From positions 149,544,001-149,608,000 of the forward strand of contig OZ024742.1 of NCBI GenBank assembly GCA_964016885.1: a stretch of 64,000 nucleotides of DNA, given 5' to 3'. Under the pieces are notes generated by a model. It did no database searches. It saw nothing but the letters and a program-made list of their open reading frames with translations, and was not told the origin of the DNA. Of the stretch, positions 39,960 through 54,299 are shown in pieces (the first letter of the stretch is position 1; the number at the start of each line of letters is the position of its first letter). This stretch comes from Eledone cirrhosa (lineage: Eukaryota). The translations under genes were made by a program, and so were the position numbers.

Positions 39960-41210
39960 GTAAACCATTCAACATGAGTCGCCCATCAATTCCTCGTTAC
40001 TTTGACTCTTTCCCTAATTAGCTGCACTATAACTCTTTCGGTCACTTTCATAACTTGGTCCATTAGTTTTATTCCTCTATAGTTGTTCCTTTCTAGAGCA
40101 TCACCTTTAGCCTTGTAGCAATTTATGATAAAACTTTTGTGGCTGTCATTGGGTATAACTCTGTTCTATATTACCTGATTGACTATGTTGCTTACTAGTT
40201 TGACTTCTACTTCTAATGCTTTTAGCATCACAGCAGTTATTTCTGATGGTCCTGCAGCTTTACCATTTTTCATTTTTCATCTCCTTGATTGCTTCAGTAG
40301 CTGGTCCTTCTGTTGGGTCAGTTGGGGTAGTTTCTCTTCCTCCCATTCATTCTCTACATTCACCGGTCTCTCGTTGTAACATTTCCAGGTCTCTTTCTTT
40401 TGAGCATCAGTGGTACTAAATACACCAGTGTCATTTCTAACACACTATCCCCCAAAACATCCTGATTTACACTGACAAATGGCCTTGCAATGCAGAACAC
40501 TTCACATCGCTGATCCTCACATCACAAGACATTGGCAAACTTTCTTTTTTCAGCTTCTCTCCAAGTTATATATACCTGTTGTCAGATTCTTTCTTAGCTA
40601 CTTGGCACCGGTCTCTGCTACCCCTATTTTCCAGTCTTTATATACCTGTCTCTTGGCTTTAATGTCTCTATCCACTGTGCTTTTCCACCACCAGGTCACC
40701 CTCTGTCTGGCTGGAACTTTACTCCATCCACAACACTCATCAGTAGTTCGCAATAGGTTATTACACAAGAATTTCCAGTTGTTCTCTATGTTACATGTAT
40801 TTAGCTCATCATCCCACTCATCAAATGTATCCAGTAGAGCATTTCTAAACCTATATTTAACTGAAAGGTCCTTTAGCTTCCAAACCCTCCATCATCTTAT
40901 TTTCCTGCATGTCTTGTTCTGTCTTTTGTTTATTTTGATGTCACTAATAACTAACTTGTGTTGGGCAGTGCATTCTTCCCCAGAAAGGCCTTAGTATGTA
41001 TTACAGTCTGTTTATCTTGTTGTCTTACAAGTATGTAATCAATTTAGCTTGTATGTTCACCTGATTGATATGAGATCAGGTGGCTGGTTCCTTGAAATTT
41101 GTGTTGCAAATGGTTAGTTCATTTGCATCAGAGAATTCCATGACCATCAATCCCTCTTCATTTCTCAAGCCATAACCATAGCCACTGTGAAATCCACTGA
41201 ACCTGTCCTG
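39960..41210 (-). mobile_element. RTE (BovB-like) LINE fragment, APE endonuclease to start of RT
   Basis: GFHSGYGYGLRNEEGLMVMEFSDANELTICNTNFK..IDYILVR..GEECTAQHKLVISD; KAAGPS; YKAKGDALERNNYRGIKLMDQVMKV. Confidence 0.88.
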
Positions 41211-41211
41211 G

Positions 41212-41276
41212 TTCTCGCATTCGTTGGTGACGATTGTCAAACTCAGTTTGACAATCGCCACAGACGAATGCGAGAA
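41212..41276. repeat. 65-bp imperfect hairpin at the RTE fragment boundary
   Basis: ttctcgcattcgt..gattgtcaaact-c-agtttgacaatc..acgaatgcgagaa. Confidence 0.85.
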
Positions 41277-41505
41277 AGCTCTCCAGGAAAGTTAACGAGG
41301 AATCTTTAAAAATCTTCCCACCGAAGTTAACAAAGAACTTACTAGATCTACCAACTCATAATATTATAATATTATAATATTATAAAATTAAATCAAATTG
41401 TTTAGAACTACAGAAGTCATTCTTTTCCTTTTTTTCAAATATACCTAACTGTACGAAGGATCTCACACTTTATTTTTTCATCATTATCTGAGAATAACAT
41501 ATTTA

Positions 41506-41559
<54 letters not shown>

Positions 41560-44439
41560 GTCAAACCAGTGACCTGCTACTGGTAACCAGAAATCCTTCC
41601 AAGCTTGCTTGATGAGTAGAGTGATTATTGGACACCCTGGGGAATAAAAAGCAAAACCTGTTGAAAAGAGTGGAGTAAACTCAATTGACATTGGCTACCC
41701 AATTGTGTGTTTACATGCATGAGCCTACACATGTGTAATTGCATGTATATGCAGAGGCACATAGGAAGATAATCCTCATATTGATGCGGTGGAGTAGTTT
41801 TGCCTATCACTGTGATCTAAGGTATGACACTGGTGTGAGTTTACACCTAATAATTTCCTTTGGAAATATTCACAGATTTGATTATATCCCATCCTATATA
41901 TATATTTTGTATGTTATTGTTATTTAGCCCCTGGTCATCATATCTTTTTCCTATGTCCCAGGAACCCAGAACCACATTACTTAACATATCCTTTATTAAG
42001 AGACTAGGGTTTGATTTGAGAGATATATAGTCAACGGTGCTGAGACAGGGGAGACCACTAATTACGAGAGTACTCAATGAATAGGGAGATGTAGAGGGGG
42101 TATAGAGATGGGTAAAATCCTGTATGCGGTGCCAAGCAGCTGAAACCGCTTGGAGCTGTGGTCAGGAGTTTACCTCTCTCTCTAGGAGATTTGACATTCC
42201 AAATAAAAACTGATACAGGATGGAGAGGACTCTTAAGTCTGGTAAGACAACCTCTCTAGTGCTGGTGACACAAACGATGTGCCCAGTCCATGCTGTAAAG
42301 TGGTTGGTGATGGAAAGGGCATCCATCCAGTAAAACCCAGCCAAAATTATGGTCATCATCATGTCCAACCCATGCAAGCATGGAAAAGAGGACGTAAAAC
42401 CAATGATGATGATGATGTTGATGAAATATATATATTGCTTAAGAAGAATTAAACAAATCTTTTCCTGTTTATGACTCATGGCCCTTTACGTTCTGAGTTT
42501 AAATCCTGTCGAGATTAGATTTGCCCTTTGTCCTTACGGGGTTGAAGAAATAAAGCACCAGTAATGTACTGGGGTTGTTTTAATCAACTTCCCCTCCCCT
42601 AAAATAGTTGGCTTTGTGCTTAAATAAGAAACCATTATTACTATCTACAACCTGTGTAACAATTGCCCCGGTTACATTCTTGATACTATTTTTTAAATGT
42701 TTTTTTCCTAATTTGTCTATTAGTAATTTATCAAAACACTCAATTACCCTTCTGTATATAACTGGCTACTTCTCTGATTTCTATTAACTGCACTGTAAAG
42801 AGAACATGTCATATATTTTTCTGCAAAGCAGTGTGAAGCAAACATGATCTTCCACATAGCTAGGAGGACATTATATTGTTGGACCTCTGTCATTTCTGAT
42901 GAGTGCTCCAGTTGATTCAATCAATGGAACTAATTGCCTGCTCATAAAATTAACATTTATCTGAGTGTTTCACAGACACATCCCTTAATATAGTTCTTAG
43001 GGAGATTCAGCATAACAAAATGTGTGACCCCTTGAATTACAGGTACAACTCACTTTTTCCAGCAGAGTAGACATGATCAAGGCAAAATAAATCACACTCA
43101 TAAGAAGCTGAACACCCTAACCATTCAGCCTCATATAAAACATCTTATTTTGATTTTATTTGGAGTACCTCAGTGAAATAAACATACATACAGATGACAT
43201 TTTCTGAGTATTACATGATGGCCGTGGAAAAGTCAAGAATAATTTAACAATGTTATATTTTCAATTCTATATAATGTTTTTTTTTATTTTAGGCACAAGA
43301 TCAGTAAATTTGGGGGAAGGGCAAAGTTAATTTAATCAACCCCAGTATTTGACTAGTTATTTATTTTATTGGTCCCTTGGAAGGATGAAAGACAAAGTTG
43401 ACTTCAGCAAGATTTGAGCTCAGAATGTTAAGAACCAGAACAAATACTATGATATCATTTTGTTCAATGTTCTACTAATTCTGCCATTCCACCACCTTTT
43501 TTGTAAATTTTCTTTTAACACTAATGACCTTTGTAATTCAATTCTGTTTTAAGTTACAGGTTATGTAACCCTGATATATAGAGCTGTATGTGTGTCTGTG
43601 TACATGTACAAATATGTACACATCCATGCTTTATTTATAGTAAATACTGCATGCATAGATGTAGCACCCATGTAGTAAACCTCAGCATTTCTATTAAATT
43701 ACAAAAGCACCATCTGTTCTACTGTTCAGGCTTAAGTAATTTGTTTTATTCAAAGATTGTATAACTGTTCTTAATAACTGAACAGTAACTTAAATTTCAT
43801 TCTGCTATCTTGATGGAATTTCTGGTATTTTCTTATCTTACCCACACTTGCGGATGGGCAGTGGGGGTTCTGTTAGCCCAGATATTCATATACTCTCTAC
43901 TCTTAGTGACTGGACAGGTAAAATAAAAAAAATAATAATCTAAAACTAAAAAGAATATAATATATTTTAATCACTTCATTCCTCCTTCCAACACCCACTC
44001 TTCCAACTTGTCTTCTACACTACCACCACCAGCACTTCCAACACCACCACCACCACCACTACCACCACTACCACCACCATCACACTGCTAGCATATATGG
44101 TACCTCCTCTTTTTCTCTAATCTCATACCCATTTTGTATCCCATCTCACCTAATAACCTTAACCTCTCTGTCAACATCACTCTCACTATGCTAACCTGAA
44201 CCTACTCAGCTGACTTCATATAACCACTACACTGACATCACATTCCACTGTCTGACTCTCACTTGTAACATTATTCATACTATCTTCACCCATCATATCC
44301 TCACTCTATCTTACTAAACCCACAATTACCAATTCCCTTATTACTCAACCTTCCACACTCTCCTTTTCAAATCTTCTAACTCATCCACTTAACCAAATTA
44401 GGTCTTTCAGAAGAGGAGCTTTTATATTGAAATTCATCT

Positions 44440-44518
<79 letters not shown>

Positions 44519-44630
44519 GTCATTTTTCATGTTTGTATGGGTTTTCTCCAACACAGTGTTTGCCACTTGTTATGATCCATTGTCATCCCTTTTTTGAGGT
44601 TCAGCATCTTCAGATTAGCCTTAATTTTTT

Positions 44631-44795
44631 TTCCATGTTTTCCTTTCTCATGTTCCTTTCTCATGGATTATTTCCATGTTTTCCTTTCTCATGTTCCTTT
44701 CTCATGGATTATTTCCATGTTTTCCTTTCTCATGTTCCTTTCTCATGGATTATTTCCATGTTTTCCTTTCTCATGTTCCTTTCTCATGGATTATT
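44631..44795 (+). repeat. 41-bp tandem repeat, 4 copies
   Basis: ttccatgttttcctttctcatgttcctttctcatggattat repeated. Confidence 0.92.
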
Positions 44796-45099
44796 TGACA
44801 TTTCTTTATTGAACGCTCATCCTTCATACATATCACATGTCTGTACCAGTGCACTCTCCTCTCTTGCAGATTCTTGTAATATACAGTAATTTATTTATTT
44901 ATTATATATATACAGGCATTTATTTGATAGATATGGAATGTTGTTCAATAAAATGTACAGAAAAAGAAAGCATCATTGGAAAATTCTGTAAATGACATAA
45001 ATGAGAGGAAAGGGAGGGAAAAAGCAAGGACTATTAGGCAACGGAAGAAAGAAAGGGGGGAAGATGAGAGGGTGACAAACTCAACACCTAGGTCAGAGC

Positions 45100-45990
45100 A
45101 GCATTTCAGCTGTACCCCAAGGACAAAATGGCAAAGGCATTTCCACAAGCAATGGCCAGCGATACCTACTGTAACAGCCATCCAACCTTGTGGGGCTCCT
45201 TCCTTCCTTGGGTGGGCTGCGGTTGTTCTGATTTTATAGAGGAGGTCAGCTGTACGGGATCCAACAATGCCTGTGGTCTCAACTGTGACTGGTGCAAAGA
45301 AGAAGCAGCCAGACAAGCCCCGGTATTTGCTTGTGTTCCTGTCCTCTGCATTTCAGGCTGTGGTACTTGGGTTTGTGTCCGAAGTGATTAAGTTGGAGGC
45401 AGAGAACTAGTAAAAGTATGTCATGTCCCAGATGAGGGATTTACACCCTTTGAATGGAAAGAGGGTAATTCTGTTGGGGTGCTTGCCATCTCCACAGTTG
45501 AGGCCTGCTGGCTCCAGTTGTGATGAGAAGCTGGTGCGTCCAGGCTCTTTCTCATTATGTCATTGAGAGTGGCATGTCAGGGAAACTGGCTTGCACTCTG
45601 GTGGTATGATAGTGGGTACAAGCCAAAGTCATCAACAACAGCTTCACAACAGCATTTGTGTGACTCACACACATGGAGGCCGAATTGTTGGGCCACTCTG
45701 ATGCAAGTGCAGTTGTCATCAAGAAGAGGACTGGTTGATGAGGATGGTACTAAATTGAGCTACATGCTGCTGTTTGGCTGCAGAGTAGAATAGAGGCAAG
45801 CGACGTGGTGTTGGCCCAAGCAGGACTTGATCTGCCCGAAGAAAGACCTGCACTTGATGTTGTTCCAGTTATGTTGGACATTTGTATACTGGGGGTAGAA
45901 GCCTTTGCCAGTGCAGTCGGCCTGAGCTAACTCCAGTTCTTGAGCCACATCAGGTTCTGCTATTTTGCTGAGGACCTTGCTGAGGAGAGT
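45100..45990 (-). mobile_element. CRE-clade LINE 3' region (Zn-knuckle and restriction-like endonuclease), decayed
   Basis: HATLNDIMRKSL; DGKHPNRITLFPFKGCKSLIWDMT; KYRGL..FFAPVTVETTGIVGSRTADLL; VSLAIACGNAFAIL. Confidence 0.85.
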
Positions 45991-47229
45991 GCAAAATGTT
46001 TTATTAGACATACTTGTATATATATATATGAGACATACATGAATATATGATTCAGAAATCAACAATACAAAAGAACTCAATGTGTTTGAAATGTAGAGTA
46101 TATTTATTTATTTTACTGAAACTTGTCTGACATTGTCAACATACTGCCACGATCAGAATCTGACTCCCACTGCATTACTCACTACATTAAATATTATACT
46201 TTTATGGTTTAGTCTGAGGAAGAGAAGCAGCCAAATTAGCTTTTGAGTAAGGTTAATATGTATCTATTTTGACCTTTTCATGGTCAATGACTGATACATG
46301 TGTGTAGGTAAGCAGAATACTCTAGAGAGAAACATTTCTAGAGAGGAAATAACTAATCTAAGATTGAGTAGATACTGTTGTTGTTTAGCTCCAGGTATGC
46401 CCTGATCAAATGATCAAAGCAAATTTCTGAAGGTGTTACAGTAATGACTATCTCACCAGGCATTGTGCATCATTCACTTCTGTCTTTTCTTTTTCCAAGA
46501 CAGATTTGACTATTATTTCTTGTAGATTGTTTGACTGCATAGAGGTGTCCTTTTTGGTTTGTTTTGGTAACACAGTTGGAATAGGAAGTAGAGAAGACAA
46601 GCTAGGGGAGATTTGTGGGTTTAGGTAAATGATTCCAAAAGTGGGCACAACTGCTCCCTTGGAGGTACTAGAAGCCTCGAGATGGGCACTGGAAGGTAAG
46701 ATGGCAGTAAGAAGGGTTTGTTGGAAAGTAAAGAGGGGTGGGGAATGAAAGGGGCAAAGAATATAAATTAATAGCTGCTTGTAAAATTGTCACCTTTAGT
46801 TATTCAATAAATGTTTAAGTAAAACTAAATAGAATTATTAGAATATAACTTTTTATCAAATTTACTCTGTCTGTGTGTGGTAGTGATGGAGGGCAATGAT
46901 ATAATATATTTTTTAAAGGGGGGTTGTCCCATTTGAGGCAAATCAGGTCAGGTGACCATGTCTTGCTTATACAGAACTGTTTCTGGCTTGATTTCTATGA
47001 CTGGATGCACTAACATCAACCACATTTAAAATGTGTGCTGGGTGCTTTTTGTTCTGACACCTACATGACCACTTTACAGTGTGGGCTGGGCACCTTTTGT
47101 TGTGGCACCAACACAATCACTTTACAGTATGGACTGGGGTGGGGGTGTAAAGGTGTGGTACAAAGGGTGGGTTGATTAATATGTGGGTGGAGTGTTGGGG
47201 CATAGGAGGTGTACTGAAGGAGGAGGGAG

Positions 47230-47620
47230 GATCGATGTTAAGTGGTGCATACTAGATGTATGCTTCAATCCATGCACATGGGAGCGCAGGTCTTCTATAT
47301 TATTGCATAACGCCAGAGATCTCAATCGTGTGACATCACCTTTAGGAAGTGCAATTGTGCAAGGTCAGCATTTATCACCTTACCCTAGGTCTTCCTACAC
47401 CATAGCTTCCATCAACTTTGATCACCTTGCACCTTGTATCCTTCATATGCATCTCATAGCCATACCAACGCAATTTCCTCTCTGGCACACTACATCTGAT
47501 ACCTCTTATGCCCAGTTTCTCTCAGGTCATTTATGCTTTACTCTTCATGTATATTACTATTACACATCCTTCGGAGTATGCAGGCTTCATTTCTTTCCAA
47601 TCTTCACAGAAGCTGTATAT
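47230..47620 (-). mobile_element. RTE LINE 3' fragment
   Basis: Homologous to 54340-54800 and 57900-58280 (RLERNEACILR..GRPRV). Confidence 0.75.
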
Positions 47621-47654
47621 ACATGTGTGTGTATATATGTATATATATATATAG

Positions 47655-47702
<48 letters not shown>

Positions 47703-47721
47703 GTGTATGTATATATATATA

Positions 47722-47780
<59 letters not shown>

Positions 47781-48449
47781 GTGTGTGTGTATGTATATAT
47801 ATATGTGTGTGTGTATGTATATATATGTGTGTGTATGTATATATATATATGTGTGTGTGTATGTATATATATGTGTGTGTATGTATATATATATATGTGT
47901 GTATGTATATATATATGTGTGTGTGTATATATATATATGTGTGTGTGTATGTATATATATATGTGTGTGTGTATGTATATATATATGTGTGTTTGTATGT
48001 ATATATATATGTGTGTGTGTATGTATATATATGTGTGTATGTATATATATGTGTGTATGTATATATATGTGTGTATGTATATATATATATGTGTGTATGT
48101 ATGTATATATATATGTGTCTGTGTATGTATATATATATATGTATGCATGTGTGTGTATGTATATATGTATGCATGTATGTGTATGTATATATGTATGCAT
48201 GTATGTGTATGTATATATGTATGCACGTGTGTGTATGTATATATGTATGCATGTATGTGTATGTATATATGTATGCACGTGTGTGTATGTATATATGTAT
48301 GCATGTGTGTGTATGTATATATGTATGCATGTGTGTGTATGTATATGTGTATGTATGTATATATGTATGCATGTGTATGTATGTATGTATATATGTATGC
48401 ATGTGTATGTATGTATGCATGTGTTTATGTATATATGTGTATATATATA

Positions 48450-50000
48450 TATGGATGTTTTGTATCCCATCTTCATTAATTTGACAAAGGCTTTTAATAC
48501 AGTGAATAGAACTGCCCTATCATAGAATCTAAGCTAGGTTGTCCTAGGTTTTCATGATGGTATACAAGCTTGCGTCAATATAGGTGAACTGGTGTTAGAT
48601 CCCACTTTTGTTGAAAATGGGGTAAAACAAGGGGATATACCTACACCTACTCTGTTTGCATTGTATTTCTCTATAGTTTTCTTTATGGCATTTGACGACT
48701 GCACTCATGGAATTTATATCAAGTATCATTCGACAGGCAAGTTATTCAACATCAGACAGTTTGTTGCTAAAACAAAGGTGCTCACTTCTTTAATACATGA
48801 ATTTTTGTATGCAGATGAAATTGATTTTGTTGCTCACGTTGAGATGACATGCAGCACCTGGTGGATTCTTTTTTGGAAGTATGCAGCGCACTGGGTCTAA
48901 CAATCAGTCAGGCCAAGAGAGCTGCCATGTATGGACATACTCTGGGCAAGGATTTCCCTGAGCCTAGCATTTATTTGTATAGCAAAACATTGAAGGTTGT
49001 GGATAAATGTGTGTATTTAAGTAACACAGTTAATATGACAAACGTCCTTGATGATGAGATCTCATTACTACTAAAGAAAGCAAGTGATTCGTTTGGTAAA
49101 TTAGATGGGTGTCTCTGGAGTTGACATGGGATTTCCATTGATGTCTAGCTAAAGGTCTACAGAACATGAGTATTATTTTTGTTGTTGTATGCATGTGAAA
49201 CTTGGGTCACATACCAGCAAAATAGAAAAAAATGCTTGAACATATTCATATTCATCAAGTGTTTTTGCTGAATACTCGGCATCCATTGGCAATCATGTAG
49301 GAGTGATGTTGAGGTGCTGGGATGATGTCATTTTGGAAATATTGAATATCTCGTAATTCAATATAGATTGCGCTGGAGCGGTGATGTTGTAAGAATGCCA
49401 GATCATGATATTCCTAAGCAATTACTGTACAGGGAGTTAGTCAAAGGCAAACAGCCAAGGCATAAACCAACAATCAGGTATAAAGACTACATCAAAATAG
49501 TTTTGATAAAGGCAAAAATAAGTGAAGATAACTGGGAAGACATTATCTTAAATCGATCATCTTAGAGGAAAACAGTATTTAATTGAAAACAAGGGCATGA
49601 AAAATTATAGAGTCTGCGTAAGGGCCTACACAATATTACTTTAACTGGATTTTCAGGTGCTCAAAATGACTTTATGTGCAATAAGTGTGGCCAAATTTGC
49701 CTCAGTAAAGCTGGTCATAGATGTCATCATAGAATCCATGTACAAAATGTTGCTGGTTATAGTCTCTTTGGCATTTCTTCCTGTTGGAAGTGTGGAAAAC
49801 AATGTGTCTTGGCCAGTGGACCCCAACATCATTTGAAAACTCAGCAAAACAAAACAGAGTATAAAAGTGGAAGTAATGTTCATCACTGCAACAAGGAATG
49901 TAAATCCTTTGTAGGGCTAAAGAGTCATGTTCGTGCCACCCATGTGTGAGAGGGGGATCAGGTGGTGGCAATTGTTGAAATCGAGATACAGCCATCATAT
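48450..50000 (+). mobile_element. RTE-BovB-type LINE RT plus C-terminal C2H2-like fingers, decayed
   Basis: FINLTKAFNTVNR; NGVKQGDIPTPTLF; TGKLFNIRQF; EFLYADE; GLTISQAK; LRWSGDVVRMPDHDIPKQLLY; CNKCGQICLSKAGHRCH, CWKC, HCNKECKSFVGLKSH. Confidence 0.92.
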
Positions 50001-50773
50001 ATGTATGTATATGTCTATATATATATAGATATTATATGTATATGTATGATAGTGTATTTGATGCACTCTGTAGAATGCAGGAATGTATGTAAGCAAGATG
50101 CAGCTCCTGTCCTAAGAGGTCAGTAACTCCAATTAATTATTGACATGGACTGTGACAACACATTCAACCTTTGTTAGCAGTGAAAGCAGATGTTAAATGA
50201 TGATATATATATATATATATGTATGTGTGTGCTGCTGTTGGACCCTGATCCTTTTTGATGGTGAGTGTTCCAGTTGATTCAATCAATGGAACTGCCTGTA
50301 TATGAAATTAATATGTGAGTGACTGAAAATTTCACTGACATATGCACCCTTAATGTAGTTCTTAGGAAGAGTCAGTATAACACAATATTTGACAAGGCTG
50401 ATCCCTTGAATTAGAGGTACAACTCATCTTTACTAGCTGAATGGACTGGAGCAACCTGAAATAAAGCATCTTGTTCAAAGAAACAACATTCCACCTTGTC
50501 CAAGAATCAAACTCATGACCTTACAATTGTGAGCTGAATACACCAACCACTAAGCCACTATCTATATATATACTCAATATTTACACTTCATAATATACAC
50601 CACATTGCTAACCAGGTAAATGTTGTGGTGGTGGTTGTTTGTGCTACCACTAAGACCACATCTATTACTGTCTTTTCATATAGTATAGGATTCAGTTCTA
50701 GTAACTCACTCTGTCAGAGAGCTTCCATCTTTTAAAACAGTCTCTTATCTGCTTCTCTATTTTCTGGTTGCAG

Positions 50774-50820
50774 GAAAGGAAGCTAACATTGACTCAGTGT
50801 CTGCCATACATGTTTGCAAT
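50774..50820 (+). other. Candidate 47-nt exon of the plus-strand gene
   Basis: cttctctattttctggttgcag|GAAAGG...TGCAAT|gtaagt, both sites strong. Reads either (x)KEANIDSVSAIHVCN or UTR followed by ATG TTT GCA AT. Confidence 0.6.
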
Positions 50821-51003
50821 GTAAGTTAGTGGTTGTACTTAGTTATGTGTGGGAGGCTTTTTCTGTGCATAGCTGATGTGGTTCACAAACTCAGGCTTAT
50901 ATGGCTTTTTCTTTTTAAACAACAATTCTTTAAAAGCATCCTACATAAGCCTCATCTGCATGATGTTACTACACTTTATTTAGTACGTAAATATAAAGAA
51001 TAT

Positions 51004-51036
<33 letters not shown>

Positions 51037-51117
51037 CATCTTTATATATATATATATAGCATCTTTATATATATATATATAGGATCTTCTTTATATATAT
51101 ACATATAGGATCTTCTT

Positions 51118-51206
<89 letters not shown>

Positions 51207-51939
51207 TCATGCATAAATATTTGTGTGTGTAAAAGTTTCGAAAGCGCATAAAAGATAACAGTAATGATATCTATATCTTTAGCTGTTTAAACTGAGGGCC
51301 TGGCCCTGTTTGGTTGGCTGAGAGGGATTTTATACTGGACCTATTTGAAGTAATAGATAAATGCTGTCATATCTGACAACCTAATCAGTGTTGGGAGTGG
51401 TGTAATGATACCAGAATGTCAACGAGAGCTTCCAATGGAAGTGACATACTGAATTATCAGCTTCAAATGAATAAATAAAACCACTACATGTGTTTAATAC
51501 TGCCCATCCCACCATCTGTACATTCAAATGTGTGTGTATGCATACACACACACCATACACACACTCACATATATGATAGATGCATACACAAACAAAAGAA
51601 AAGTACTCATCACATTTTGTATAGCAGATGCCCTTCCTATCCCCATCCGAGCATTTTATAGTAGTACAAGGTGAGTTGTGTCCACCTTTCAATGTTGGCA
51701 AGGGCTGGATGTGGAAGGGGGGGGGGGACATTCATCGTTGTGTGTTAAGGGTTGGGCTGGGATAGAAGGAGAGATGAAGAGGGGATGTCTTTCCATGCTA
51801 GAAAAAGTTGATCATGCAAGGAGGGGATAGAGAAAGTAAGTTGAGGAAGGCTAAAGTGGGATACTTTAAATAATAAAGGGATGGGACAGAGGAATATTAA
51901 GATGGTGGAAGGTGTATGAGGGAGATTGATGCAAACTAC

Positions 51940-52200
51940 TATCCTCTCAATACATGTTTCACCATGTATGTGTGAGAAGTCAGATCTTGTCGCCTGTGAA
52001 CTCATCAGCTTTTACCACATTATCCCAAGGTCTTCCTTTTCTATAGTTTTCAGCAACTTCAAGTGCACTGCACTTTCATATGCAGCTGTCATCTCCATAC
52101 CATCCAGATGCTTTCTAATCCTTGTAGGTCCTCTATATACAAAGCCAAAGTCTCATTCCCATGCACCATTGCCATTCACACATGAACATCATGCAATTTG
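51940..52200 (-). mobile_element. Degenerate RTE 3' fragment
   Basis: Decayed MVHGNETLAL..DLQGLE..RPWDNVVKAD-type sequence. Confidence 0.5.
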
Positions 52201-53086
52201 ATTATAATCAAATGCATTCCAACCATAACCTTCCCATTGTTTTTTGTCTCAGACTACATTGTCCAATGTATCCTCTATTTAAGCTAGCTGAGTGTGATTT
52301 AAGGGAAATTTCAGCAATATTTCTAGCATAGGAAAGATGAGAAATTCAGAATGAAGGAAAACCAAGCCATTAGTAGAACCTTATAAACTTAAACATCTCA
52401 CAGAACTTAAGAAAATAATTACATAAATATAGAAATAAAAAAATTATTCTTTTCAGTCTTTTACATGGATTGCCATTTGTAAATTTAGGATATTATCATA
52501 AAATGTTTAACTGTAGATTTCAATTTATTACTAGTATTGAGAATTTTAAATATTAGTCTTTACATTGAGTCTATTTCACACAACAGCTATTGTACAATAT
52601 AAAAACAACAACTAATCTACAGCACAACACTTTCTTTACATGCTAGAATAATACATGCTAGAACATTCACATTCTAAAAATGCTACACTTCATAATCTCA
52701 GATGATCTCTCATGATAATCACACATCTATAGCATGATCAAAACTGGCATGAAGTGACAAACACACCCCAGCCTCAGCTCACAGATGGGTTGTCCCTTCT
52801 TTCTGTCTATTCTGATGCTACTACAATAGTCTCTGCTACTCAAAACTGGTTTGTCTCCTATCTCCACCCAAACATTTTTGGCTCATTTGTCTCTCTGCCT
52901 CTCATCACCAATATTGTAACATGACTGACCTGAGGATTAAACAACAAAAAAGCATATTATCCTAATTTTTAAGAGAGCTATCAGTAAGTTTTGCAAGTAC
53001 TGTCATATTCCCAGATTAACTAATTAAGGAAAAGAACTTTTTTCATATAACAAGCTACATATTTGAACAAACTTTAACAACCTCTT

Positions 53087-53350
53087 TAACCCTTTTAATA
53101 CCAATTCAATTAAAACTGTACCTGCTATTTAATATAAAACACTCTGTTTTAAGGTGTTCAAACTTATAATAAAATCTTCCATCATAATTGTTTTGTAAGA
53201 CATTTTTGTCAAGTAATTTTCCAAACATTATTTTACATACAAATGAAAAGATTATTTTACTAAATTCTTCAAAAGTTTTGATTATTTTCAAAATGGATTG
53301 AAACACTTTTTCAATGTATTTCATTAGAAATTTGGTAACAAAAGGGTTAA
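53087..53350. mobile_element. piggyBac-type MITE (second family)
   Basis: TTAA-CCCTTTTAATACCAATT ... AATTTGGTAACAAAAGGG-TTAA. Confidence 0.8.
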
Positions 53351-53907
53351 TTCTGTCCTGGGAATTCTGGTTAAGAATTAGAAATAAGTCTTCTCAAATT
53401 TAATCATATGTTCACTAAATCCATACTATTCAATTAATAGATAACATAAAACTATAACCATGTAATAAACAATGTGTTAAAGTGTCTTATGAAGCCATTT
53501 AATTCTGTGGTTAGAGGGTTGGATTCACAATCAGGAAGTTGTGAGTTCAATTCTCAGACTGGGTGAATCACTGTGTTCTTGAGCAAGTCACTTTATTTTA
53601 TGTTGCTCCATTGCATGGCTGGGAAACATGGGCACTAAATATGGAAGAACTATGGCAGGTGGAAAAGAAGGAAGTAAGCAAAATCCATTGGATATACAGT
53701 TAATGTTGACCTGCCTGATGGGCTGAGGATTTGAGGGAATGGCTGTGTGTTAAAAGCATTAGATAAAATATGCAGGGGGTGATGACAGCTGAAGTGGGGA
53801 TGAATGTACTGATATGATATGAATGGATGATGAATACTGTATAAAAAAAGCATTGTGTACTGCAGGCAAAGAATAGCTATAGAAGTATGTTTAGTTAATT
53901 AATATAT

Positions 53908-53939
<32 letters not shown>

Positions 53940-53955
53940 GAGAGAGAGTTGAAGT

Positions 53956-54248
53956 CAGTGTTGCAGCATATGTACAAACTTTATTTGCATATTACAATTG
54001 TTTTGATATCGATCAGCTCAGGGTTCAATCAAGGTTATGGGGTCTGACTATTTTTCGACATCTCATCAGATATGCAAGCTTATATGTACAAATACATGAG
54101 TTTAGATGTGTCTTTGCACATATAAGCTTGCATATCTGATGAGATGTTGAAAAAGAGCCGGGCACTGTCACCTTGATTGTACTCTGAGCTGATTGATATC
54201 GAAACGATTGTAATATGCAATTAAAGTTTGTACATATGCTGTACACTA
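53956..54248. mobile_element. Foldback MITE (about 290 bp, palindromic over its full length)
   Basis: Outer arms cagcatatgtacaaactt..gatatcgatcagctcag, inner arms catctcatcagatatgcaagcttatatgt. Confidence 0.85.
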
Positions 54249-54299
54249 CAGCTGTAACATTGGAATACAACCCACATGAAAAGGACCTCATGACAGTGG

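Noticed and set aside
42896-42955. CTGATGAG...CTC as a hammerhead
   Set aside because: It is part of the antisense strand of the CORE-SINE tail and lacks a proper GAAA and stems I/III.
51660-51680. Strong donor AAG|gtgagt
   Set aside because: It lies within a decayed RTE-type SINE segment (GATGCCCTTCCTA), with no supported acceptor or frame.
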